Origin: Candidatus Bathyarchaeota archaeon
GTDB lineage: Archaea > Thermoproteota > Bathyarchaeia > Bathyarchaeales > Bathycorpusculaceae
Direction: 5' to 3'
Assembly (NCBI GenBank): GCA_963782525.1
Contig: CAWAKC010000001.1
Location: 64,001-128,000, forward strand
DNA: 64,000 bases
Part shown: positions 18,638-27,328 of the stretch, in pieces
How the letters are laid out: each line of letters opens with the position of its first letter
Numbering within the stretch: the stretch's first letter is position 1
The notes under the pieces: model-generated
Told to the model about the DNA's origin: nothing
Database searches by the model: none
The model's input: the letters and a program-made list of their open reading frames with translations, nothing else
Program-made: the position numbers and the translations under genes

Positions 18638-18705
18638 GCCAAAAACTTGACTAACCTTAGACAAGACAGTTTTATAAAAAACCACTTAAACAAACATAAC
18701 TCAAA
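18638..18705 (+). repeat. Orphan repeat B copy 4 at array end (no downstream gene)
   Basis: GCCAAAAACTTGACTAACCTTAGACAAGACAGTTT...AACCACTTAAACAAAC. Confidence 0.75.
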
Positions 18706-18738
18706 ATATAGCTTGAACTTAAACGACAAAAAAAACTC

Positions 18739-18824
18739 TTAGTGCCACCTGACGTATTTTGGAACTTGCACTCGATTGCCCTCTTGGGCTTGGCAGCAAA
18801 CTCTACTTTCTCAGGGACAGGCAA
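18739..18824 (-). pseudogene. Truncated, frameshifted relic of the AbrB-like gene
   Basis: Translates MPVPEKVEFAAK / GNRVQVPKYVRWH* versus MPLYERVSFTTK..RGNRFQVSKYVRW; same CTAG-TTGCC start context. Confidence 0.75.
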
Positions 18825-19031
18825 CTAGAAGAGTCCGCCTAACCCAACCTTCCCCAGACGCACCCAACCGAATCCAACCGCAACCAAAACCTACCCCACA
18901 ACCCAATCAACAAAACCAACCCAAACCAAACCCCCCACAAAATGCAACACCAAGTCGTCTTCTTCTTCAAAAGACAAAACGCATCAGTTCTGTGATCGCA
19001 CTTACTCTTTTTTATTAATGAAGATAATTGA

Positions 19032-19310
19032 TTAAAAAGGTTCTAGAGTAACATTCAACACATAGCCCGCAAGCTCAACTCCTCTATTTTGCATCAGAGC
19101 CATGTTTGTTTTGGGGATGACGATTCTACCGTCTTGGCTCATCCTTGCCAAAAAAACCTGTAAAGTACTCCATACACCAATGACATTGACGGTTACTTTT
19201 AGGGTTTGATTTGTTTCGAGCTTGTACTTCCACCGAACGTACTTGGAGACTTGGAAACGGTTTCCCCTCTGCAGCTTCGTGGTAAAGCTTACCCTCTCAT
19301 AAAGCGGCAA
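19032..19310 (-). CDS. AbrB/SpoVT-like swapped-hairpin DNA-binding protein (tandem motif)
   Basis: Two motifs KLQRGNRFQVSK and RMSQDGRIVIPK. Confidence 0.7.
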   Translation of the reverse strand: MPLYERVSFTTKLQRGNRFQVSKYVRWKYKLETNQTLKVTVNVIGVWSTLQVFLARMSQDGRIVIPKTNMALMQNRGVELAGYVLNVTLEPF

Positions 19311-19452
19311 CTAGACCAATCCTCCATTCCCAACCTTTCGCAGACGGACAAAGACGCAACCAAAGTCAACTCCCAAGCAGAAACGATAAAAGCAACTTAG
19401 AACAAACGTCCCCATTTTTTTGCTACAGCGGTGTTGTTGTTCTTTTAACATG

Positions 19453-22096
19453 TTATCCTCCTGGTTCATCAAACTGTTGCTGGTCCTCGATTAACTCAAA
19501 ACCCTCCCTTTGGCAGGTGTTGGCGACTTCCGTGAAATGGCTCACAGCCTTATCATGACAATAATAGCCTCTGCCAAGTTGGTATTTGGCTTCTCGTGCG
19601 CAGCCATATTTTTCACATGGATGAGGCTCATTGGGCGGCAGGATGTGGTAGTGGATTGGCTCAGGCATTATGAGTGCAGTCTCTTTAGGTTCAATCGGTA
19701 GATCTGCAAAAGAAGAAGAAGATTGATGCACGAGCACTTCTTCTTCTACCAATTCTGTTTTTTGATCGGATGCCTCAGCTACCGCAGATATCGCAGGTTT
19801 TTGAACATCGCAAAATATTTCGCCAGCGGAGCTAAGATTTTTTTGAAAATTAAAATTATCTGTGGTATCTGTGGTAGTTGTGGTGGTATTTAGTTGTGTT
19901 TGGTAGTTCTCAACTGGTTGATCGTTTGAAATCTTGAGTCGTATGCCTTTAAAGCCTCGGCCTTCCCTGCTGGTCTCATGATCCTTAACCTTTGGAGTAT
20001 CTCGCAGCCGCTGATAAAACCGGCGTTCAGTCTCTGGAGCCTTTCCAAGTTCCTGGTCAGCGTAGTTTTTGTAGTCTTCAAAGGCTGCTTTGCGTGACAC
20101 GAAACCTTCAGCATCATAGATGCAGTTGTCCTCTATCCAGGCGCTTATGGGATCGGAGGTTCGTTTGAATTCCAACATGACTTCTTGAGTAGTCTTGCTA
20201 ACCGAGAAATCATTGTTCTTCCAAAGGCGGTGCAACCCCTCGAGCATCCAATTGAAGATTCCTGAAACTTCCGCTGGGTCGCTTAGCCAGGTTTGCTCTA
20301 TGTTGTCGATTTGGTCTTTGCCCCTAAACGAGTTTGGAAACTTCAAAATCAAAGTTCGCTCTTGAAACGCTACCGATGAGTCGTTGATTTTTGGGAATTC
20401 GTTGCCTAAAACAAACACTTTGGCGACGTTACGAAAGCTGAGGCGTTTTTGTTTGCCCTTAACTTCCGCATCTAAGCTGTCTTCGCCCGTAATTTTCTTT
20501 AGAAGCGCAGTCTGCAGTTTTACGACGGTTGAGGGTTCATTGCAGACATTTACGAGCTTGCCGTAGAGTTGAGCGACTGAGAATCGGTGGTCACCGTCTA
20601 ATTCGCCCAGTTCGAGGTGGTAGCAGTTTTCTCCTCCTATGATTGCTTCTAGGGTGGCGATGACTCTGCCTTTGCCGTTTCTGCCGCCGCCGTAGAACCA
20701 CATCATCTTGTGCTTGGGCATAATCGGCAGCAAACAGTAGCCTAAGTACTCCTGTAGAAGTGCATGATCTTCCACGGGTAAAATTTGTGAGAGAAAACTC
20801 AGCCATTTAGGGCATTTAGCGGACCCGTCAAAGTGTACGTTGAGTTTGTAGGTGTAGATTAAATCGGAGTCGAAGGCTCTCAGCTCAAGGGTTTTCAAAT
20901 CTAACAACCCGTTCTGTACTGGAACAAGCCCTCGGTAAAGATTGAATTCGCCTCGATCCACAAAGCTTGCTCTGCGCAGGTGCTCTAAGATCTCGGTAAC
21001 AAAATGGCTGCTGACCGAAGCACCATACTCCCGCTCCAGCAAGCCCTCAACCAAACATTCCGCTGGTTTGTAGATGCCTTCACAGTAATAGTAGAGGTCA
21101 CGCAGGTCCATGGGCGTTTTAAAGGTGTACTCGTTGTGTAGGCGCTCTAAGACTTCTTCGAGTTTTTGCTCCTTGGCCTCTTTGGCGACACTTAGGCTTG
21201 CAAGTTTGCGCACACATCCGCCGCATTTGTCTTGGCTAAATCCAAAGACTTGGAACAACGGCGTACTGACGTGTCCCGTCTCTTGGTTCATCTTAGCGGT
21301 GCAAGGATGCGGTCTGCCCCCACGTTCATGGAAGCTGCGTGCACTGCCAATTTGGCTCTGCGTTATGCCCTGGTTATAGTCTCGCCTTGCTTCGGAGCTG
21401 TAGATTGTTTGGAAGAAGTCATGGATCTCATCATCCGAAAAATCCTTCGAAACCATAAACTGCGCTAAAGCCAACCGCTGAAGATGATCAAGCCGAATGT
21501 GCTTGCGGTCCACAACAGCGCACACACAGTTGAAACGCAAAAAATCGTAGCGCTCCAACTGTTCATCCAGAAACTTTTTGGTATCGGCTATTATGGTGTT
21601 GTCAACTTTTATGGGTGCATCAAACATCTTGATGTAGGGCTGTTTTTGGCCCTCACAATCTTCCGCAAACCCGCCGACGGCAACGTAGCCGCCGTTCTCA
21701 AACTCCATGTGCAGGTTTCGCTTGAACGGACTACTGTTCTCTTTCTCGGTGGTGGTGTAGAGCATGCGGTAACCCTTATTTGGCGTTTGGAACGTCAAGG
21801 TCTTAGCACGTTCAGCAAAGTGCTTACTATAACGGTAGGCTAAAAACTCCCAATCCCAATCCAGACAAACCAAACCCCCCAAGCCCGGTTCGGGGACCAA
21901 AATTCCAAGCCTCAACCTCACAGCCCAGCGCTCTTTCAACAAGCGCCTCCAAATCCTCCATAGACTGACAAGTCAAATCTTTCCAGGCACCTACCAAACG
22001 AGAAGGATTCTTCGACTTATCCCCAAGCAACAAAACCCAATCCGGATGAACACGCTTGAGCTCATAGAGCTGCGCTAAATCAAAAATAATTGTCAC
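19453..22096 (-). CDS. Plasmid/virus-type primase-polymerase-helicase (Prim-Pol + PriL-CTD-like + D5_N + SF3 helicase), one frameshift at 21875-21880
   Basis: NFGPRTGLGG/LVCLDWD and TPNKGYR Prim-Pol-like motifs; VQNGLLDLKT D5_N; Walker A GGGRNGKG; LYGKLVNVCNE; LKKITGED. Confidence 0.85.
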
Positions 22097-22434
22097 TCAA
22101 CGCATCCTACCTTTTTTCGCTAGACGAATAATGCTCCATATGAGTGCCAATCTGTTGTCTAGCCTTATATCGTATTTTGTCAGATAGCACCAAGCTTGCT
22201 AAAACAACGAAACAGAGCTAAGCTTGATTAACCAAGTTAATTATCCTTAGTTCAGTAGGACAAAATAGTTTATAAGCAACCCTTATGCCTGCGGCTTTTC
22301 TTGGGTCATTGTAGCAGTTTAACTTCTTTTACTGAAAAGGCTGTTGTTAGGCTATATGACGCGATGATTCGAGGGCGAGCAATTATGGAAATGCTTATGA
22401 CCTTATAACAGCTAAGCAAGATTGAGTATAGACA

Positions 22435-22944
22435 ATGTCTATAACAAGAATACAGAATAATTATAAAATTATCGCAATTATAATAATCATCTTGATAGTT
22501 CCATCGATTATTGTTGCCTACAATTGGCAATCAATCTTTCCATCAGAATATCCGATCGCTCTCAGTAACATCATCTTTTCAACGGACAAACAAATTGATT
22601 CTGTAACAATAGGTATCCAAACCGAAAAAGCAAACGAAACGAGCATAACAAATGTCATAGCTCTTAATACTACAGGCTTAGAGCCGTTAGCGACACCTCA
22701 AAACATTCCACAAGGCGGTAAATATGCAACATCAGACTACATAACACCAACAAAATACTCCATAGGCCAAACAGTTGTAATTGATAGAACATCTAACACT
22801 AGCCAGACACATGAACAGTTAACATTAACGATTACTTCCAAAATGCTACAATATACAGCAGGCTACTACGTTAACATGAAAACAACACCGGATGGTTACG
22901 CGATCGCGGTACCTATGAATGCGACGTGGGTTTCAATTCTGTAA
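22435..22944 (+). CDS. Hypothetical N-terminally anchored protein
   Basis: 169-aa ORF with N-terminal hydrophobic helix. Confidence 0.65.
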   Translation: MSITRIQNNYKIIAIIIIILIVPSIIVAYNWQSIFPSEYPIALSNIIFSTDKQIDSVTIGIQTEKANETSITNVIALNTTGLEPLATPQNIPQGGKYATSDYITPTKYSIGQTVVIDRTSNTSQTHEQLTLTITSKMLQYTAGYYVNMKTTPDGYAIAVPMNATWVSIL

Positions 22945-23126
22945 TTAGAGCGCATTTAAACTAAAATTCCATTAGGTTTACATGCGCGCTCGATTGAATT
23001 TATAAACTAATTTAGTACAGAGGCTAGAGCAATTGTCTTATGGGTACTACTGGTAATGTTGCAATAGCGGTTTTGATTTTTCTGAACCTTCAGGGCAAAA
23101 AACTGATTAGCAAATTTATAAAAAAC

Positions 23127-23663
23127 CTATACGCTATAGGTCAGATCAATTTGAATAGACACTGTTTTGGCATCTACACTTGCGCTACCGAACATTATAA
23201 AATAATTTCCACTTGATAAAGTAACATTGATGTTGCCTGCTGCCATGGGGAACAGGTCTTTGTTATAACATGGGCTGGAATCATGGCCGCTTAAGTAATT
23301 GATGAATTCCTTTTGACTCCATACTGTTACCACTACGTTGTTATTCGTGCTATTGCCCGTCGAAGTAAAGTTCCCCTGGAGAACTGGATTTAAAGCGTCT
23401 TCTGGAACACCAAAACCCGTGAAGTAGGCACCAGACATTGGAGTCAGAACTATTGCCCCTGAAATTATTTGTATAGGCATAGCGGGGGTATAGTTTGGGT
23501 TGATATTTTGGTTGCCGCTGTTTGTTGTGGCGCCACTTAATATTGCCGAAGTTAAAATTGCTGTGACCATGACTGCTACCACGACTTCTAAAACCAAGTT
23601 TCTAGCAAAATGACTTTTAGGTTTAATCGGGGTTTGTACAGGTAACGCTTGGAATGCTAACAT
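23127..23663 (-). CDS. Hypothetical membrane-anchored beta-rich protein
   Basis: 178-aa ORF, one TM then beta-rich domain (INVTLSSGNYFIMF). Confidence 0.7.
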   Translation of the reverse strand: MLAFQALPVQTPIKPKSHFARNLVLEVVVAVMVTAILTSAILSGATTNSGNQNINPNYTPAMPIQIISGAIVLTPMSGAYFTGFGVPEDALNPVLQGNFTSTGNSTNNNVVVTVWSQKEFINYLSGHDSSPCYNKDLFPMAAGNINVTLSSGNYFIMFGSASVDAKTVSIQIDLTYSV

Positions 23664-24111
23664 CTTGAATCCTAATAGGTATAATAGCTAATTTCCAAAT
23701 TGAGTTCTTGTACGTCTGGATTAGTCCATACAATCCGAAAAAACATGTCAAAGATTAATCGTCAACTATTTAACAAATTTTTGAGGAAGCGCCAATTAAG
23801 AGCTAAATCTTTTTTTGCTCCTGAGTCGTTTTCTGCTTCACAACAGATTACTATCGAAGCTGATTAGTGCCAATGCCAACCCCGTTGCTTCACAACCGAT
23901 TTCCTAATCTTCTTTTGCAAACGTTTATCATGCGCAAAAGTCTACGTTTAGAAAAAACATGGCTAACCTTCAGCACTAACTATTGTTGTAAGCTGGGTTT
24001 TGTTTATTTTAGAAGCGCATTCACGGTGTTCATGGACTTGTCCTTATTAGGTTGAGCAGACGATACTTTTCGGTAAGCCACAACATTAAAGGTAGCTTTG
24101 GGGATTAATCG

Positions 24112-24852
24112 GTGAATTTCAACTTGAACAAAAAAACCGCAGCTGTTTTGACAGCTTTGGCAATTGCGATTTCATTAATCCTGATCGCTCTGGTTTACAT
24201 CAAATTTCAGTTTCCGTTAGATTTTCAAGGAACCTATTTTATCCTTTTCCTCACAGCTTTCGGGTTAAACCTCATACCGTTTGCTGGTCCCTCAAATTTG
24301 TTGATTGCATCTACCGCTGCTATTGGCATCGCAAACGCCAACATGGAAAGTTTGCTGCTTATCGGTTGTATTATAGCGCTTGCAGCTGCGGCGGCAAAAG
24401 GCATCTATTATGTGGTTACCTTCTTTGTTAATAGGCATCTTAGCCAAAAAAGCAGGGCAAAATTAGATGCTGATGCTGTGAAGATTCGGCGTTGGGCGTT
24501 TTGGCTGCTTTTTTTGGCCGCTGCGACCCCAATTCCAGATGAACCTGTCGTTATTCCATTGGGACTTATGAAGTACAGTCCCACAAGATTCTTTACCGCC
24601 TACTTTTTGGGCAAACTCTCAATCACTGTGGCAGGGGCTTTTTTGGGTAGTTTTGCGGGCAGCCTCTTCTCTGAGTGGTTAAGTCCATTGGCTATGATAG
24701 TAGTTTCGATTGTGTTAACTGTCGTTATCACAATTATTCTTTTGAAGGTGGATTTGGGCAAGCTGGCGGAAAAGTACCTGCACAGAAAAAAGCCAAGCCA
24801 AAAACCCCAAGAACCTCAAGAAAAACTAAATAACCCCGTACCAACGCAGTAG
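24112..24852 (+). CDS. DedA/VTT (SNARE-associated) family membrane protein
   Basis: Multi-TM; FLAAATPIPDE...IPLGLMKY...F..YFLGK motif. Confidence 0.8.
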   Translation: MNFNLNKKTAAVLTALAIAISLILIALVYIKFQFPLDFQGTYFILFLTAFGLNLIPFAGPSNLLIASTAAIGIANANMESLLLIGCIIALAAAAAKGIYYVVTFFVNRHLSQKSRAKLDADAVKIRRWAFWLLFLAAATPIPDEPVVIPLGLMKYSPTRFFTAYFLGKLSITVAGAFLGSFAGSLFSEWLSPLAMIVVSIVLTVVITIILLKVDLGKLAEKYLHRKKPSQKPQEPQEKLNNPVPTQ

Positions 24853-24862
24853 AGAGACCAAG

Positions 24863-25354
24863 ATGCCTACAAAACAACGCCGATATCCCTTAAAGGCCAA
24901 GGAAGCTAAACAAATCATAGAGGAAGCCTCAAAAAAACTCAAACTCGATTTAGACTTGAAAGCCAATGTGGAAATCGTCGAGTCGGATGTCGGCGAAATC
25001 TACCTCATCGAAGGAAAACCAATCCTCTTCAAGACAGGCGAGAGAGTTTTGCCTACGTTGCTTTTTGCAGAGTTTATCGCTAAAGCGCCAAAAATCGTGG
25101 TTGATATGGGTGCCATTCCATACGTTTGCAAGGGCGCTGCTGTTATGGCACCTGGCATCGTACGCATCGAAGGGGAATTCGCTGTGGGTGACCTCGTTTT
25201 AATCGTGGATATGAAGCATGGTAAAGCCTTAGCGCTTGGCGAAAGCCTACTTGACGCTGAAATCGCCAAACAAACCAAAAAAGGACCCGTAGCAAAAACT
25301 GTACATTACGTTAGCGACAAAATCTGGGATTACATAAAAAATCTAACTGAATAA
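24863..25354 (+). CDS. PUA-domain RNA-binding protein (pre-PUA/DUF1947 + PUA)
   Basis: IVVDMGAIPYVCKGAAVMAPGI, HYVSDKIW. Confidence 0.88.
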   Translation: MPTKQRRYPLKAKEAKQIIEEASKKLKLDLDLKANVEIVESDVGEIYLIEGKPILFKTGERVLPTLLFAEFIAKAPKIVVDMGAIPYVCKGAAVMAPGIVRIEGEFAVGDLVLIVDMKHGKALALGESLLDAEIAKQTKKGPVAKTVHYVSDKIWDYIKNLTE

Positions 25355-25378
25355 ACTATCTTGATTTTTGATTCGAAA

Positions 25379-26860
25379 TTAAGTTGCCGGATCCAATTTT
25401 GCAAGCGGAAATTCAAGGGTAAACCGCGTGCCCTTTCCAACCTCACTGTCTACACTCACTTTACCATTTAACGCTTCAGTTAACTTCTTGACAACTGCCA
25501 ATCCGAAGCCTTGACCCTTCGATTTAGTTGTGAATAGAGGCTTGAACAGTTTGTCCATAGTTCCCGGTGAAATACCCAAGCCAGTATCTTCAACGCAGAT
25601 AATTATTTTTTCATCTTTTTGGACAGCATCTAAAGTCAAGCGTCCTCCATTAGGCATAGCTTGAATTGCATTTGAGCACAGATTAGTAAGTATCCGCTTC
25701 ATTGCTGAAGGGTCAGTAACTATTTTTTTAAAAAAAGGTTCAATCGAATAAGATGTTTTTGTGTTTTCAGGAATCTTGAGCGCTGAAAAAACGTCGTCCA
25801 CAATCTTTGTTAAATCGGTTTCTTCAAGAATTGGCTTTAGAGGTTTAGCGAAGTCTTGAAGGTCAGTGACAATCTTGTTGATGTAGAATGCGTTATCCTC
25901 GATGGATTGCAAGCATTCTTTAAGACATTTCTTGGCTTCGCTTTCAGGCAAGTCCTCTAGCTCCTTTTTTGAAAGGAACAAATCGCCAATCATAGCTTGC
26001 AACGGATTACGGATATCATGCCCAACCATGCCGGCGGTAGCTCCAATAGCAGCTAAACGTTCAGAATCCCGCAGTTGCGCCTCTAAATTCTTACGCTCAG
26101 TTACATCATTAAACAAGATTGCAACCTTTCGGATTTTTTCTTCGCCCACTGGAAAAGCAAAAACATCATAATAACGATTTAGCGCCTTCGCCTCATTAGT
26201 AAACCTCATTGAATCTCCAGTTAAAGCAACCTTACCGTAGTTCTCATACCAGTAAGCCTCGTGATTGGGAACAAGACCTCGCATCAATTTTCCTTTAACG
26301 TCATGCAGACCTGTCTGCCGCTCAAAAGAGGCATTGACCTCCAAAAAACAATAATCAAAGGGCTTACAAGCCGCGTCAAAAACCATTTCGACAATACAGA
26401 AACCCTCGTCGATTGAATCAAACAATGTGCGGTATTTCTCTTCGCTTGCCTTAAGCGAGAACGTACGATTTTCGAGTGTTTCCTCAAGTTTTTTACGTTC
26501 GACAGCATAGTTTATGGCGCGAACTAATAGCGCTCCATCAATTTTTCCTTTGATTAAATAATCTTGGGCGCCTTTACGCACTGCTTCCAAAGCCAAGGCA
26601 TCATTTGTGAACGCAGTTAAAATAATGATGGGGACTGTCTTAGCTATCGCTTGTATCCTTTCAAAAGTGTTTAGTCCTTGGCTGTCGGGTAATCCAAGAT
26701 CCAACAAAACTGCATCGATGTTTCCCGCTGATAAACGGTCTATTCCTTTTGAAAGCCTATCAGCCCGCTCAACATTATTCACGCCAATATTTTGCTCTCG
26801 CAACATCTCTTGGATGAGTCGGGCGTCGCCGGAATTGTCTTCAATTACGAGGATTTTTAA
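25379..26860 (-). CDS. Hybrid receiver-PAS-histidine kinase
   Basis: KILVIED / LLDLGLPD receiver, PAS, H-box GHDIRNPL, N-box, DTGLG, GQGFGL; start codon unclear. Confidence 0.88.
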   Translation of the reverse strand, partial: LKILVIEDNSGDARLIQEMLREQNIGVNNVERADRLSKGIDRLSAGNIDAVLLDLGLPDSQGLNTFERIQAIAKTVPIIILTAFTNDALALEAVRKGAQDYLIKGKIDGALLVRAINYAVERKKLEETLENRTFSLKASEEKYRTLFDSIDEGFCIVEMVFDAACKPFDYCFLEVNASFERQTGLHDVKGKLMRGLVPNHEAYWYENYGKVALTGDSMRFTNEAKALNRYYDVFAFPVGEEKIRKVAILFNDVTERKNLEAQLRDSERLAAIGATAGMVGHDIRNPLQAMIGDLFLSKKELEDLPESEAKKCLKECLQSIEDNAFYINKIVTDLQDFAKPLKPILEETDLTKIVDDVFSALKIPENTKTSYSIEPFFKKIVTDPSAMKRILTNLCSNAIQAMPNGGRLTLDAVQKDEKIIICVEDTGLGISPGTMDKLFKPLFTTKSKGQGFGLAVVKKLTEALNGKVSVDSEVGKGTRFTLEFPLAKLDPAT

Positions 26861-26866
26861 TTTTTA

Positions 26867-27328
26867 TTACTCCTTTGGCGGCAATTTTACTATTGTAAAC
26901 CAGAACTGTTCTAGTGCATGCATGATTTCGACGAAACGGTTTAGATCTACTGGCTTTGTGATGTAGGCGTTTGCATGCAGATTGTACGTCTTTATGATAT
27001 CTTCATCTGCTTTTGAAGTTGTAAGGACCACAACGGGAATATGCTGCAGTTTTGGGTCTTTCTTGATTTCAGCTAATACTTCGCGACCATCCTTTCTGGG
27101 CAAATTAAGGTCAAGCAGAATTAGGTCAGGCATAGGCGCGTTTGCAAAAGAACCTTGCCGATGAACAAATTGCATGGCTTCAACACCATCTCTAGCAACA
27201 TAAATTTCATTCAGTACTTTAGCATCTTTTAGGGCTTCCTTGGTTAAGCGGACATCTCCAGGATTGTCTTCAACCAACAGAATATCTACCGGGCGTGTTT
27301 CAGTTTTTTGGGCAATAAATCGCTTCAT
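26867..27328 (-). CDS. Single-domain response regulator (Rcp1-like)
   Basis: ILLVEDNPGD, LLDLNLPRKDG, LTTS, YITKP. Confidence 0.92.
   Translation of the reverse strand: MKRFIAQKTETRPVDILLVEDNPGDVRLTKEALKDAKVLNEIYVARDGVEAMQFVHRQGSFANAPMPDLILLDLNLPRKDGREVLAEIKKDPKLQHIPVVVLTTSKADEDIIKTYNLHANAYITKPVDLNRFVEIMHALEQFWFTIVKLPPKE

Larger units (their letters stand above)
18739..22096 (-). mobile_element. Remnant or core of an integrated plasmid/virus-like replicon; boundaries undefined
   Basis: Primase-helicase + AbrB-like gene; no integrase or att sites seen. Confidence 0.5.

Noticed and set aside
1-18705. Classical integron with attC sites
   Set aside because: The repeats lack paired RYYYAAC/GTTRRRY ends and hairpin symmetry, many genes overlap by ATGA with no spacer, and no IntI is in the window
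1-18705. Diversity-generating retroelement or invertase shufflon
   Set aside because: No reverse transcriptase, no adenine-specific TR/VR pair, and the repeats are direct rather than inverted
18776-19018. P/Q/N-rich 80-aa ORF
   Set aside because: Product of A/C-skewed low-complexity DNA; overlaps the AbrB relic on the other strand
22100-24100. tRNA or att site bounding the replicon
   Set aside because: No T-loop GTTCRA cloverleaf and no convincing direct repeat found by eye
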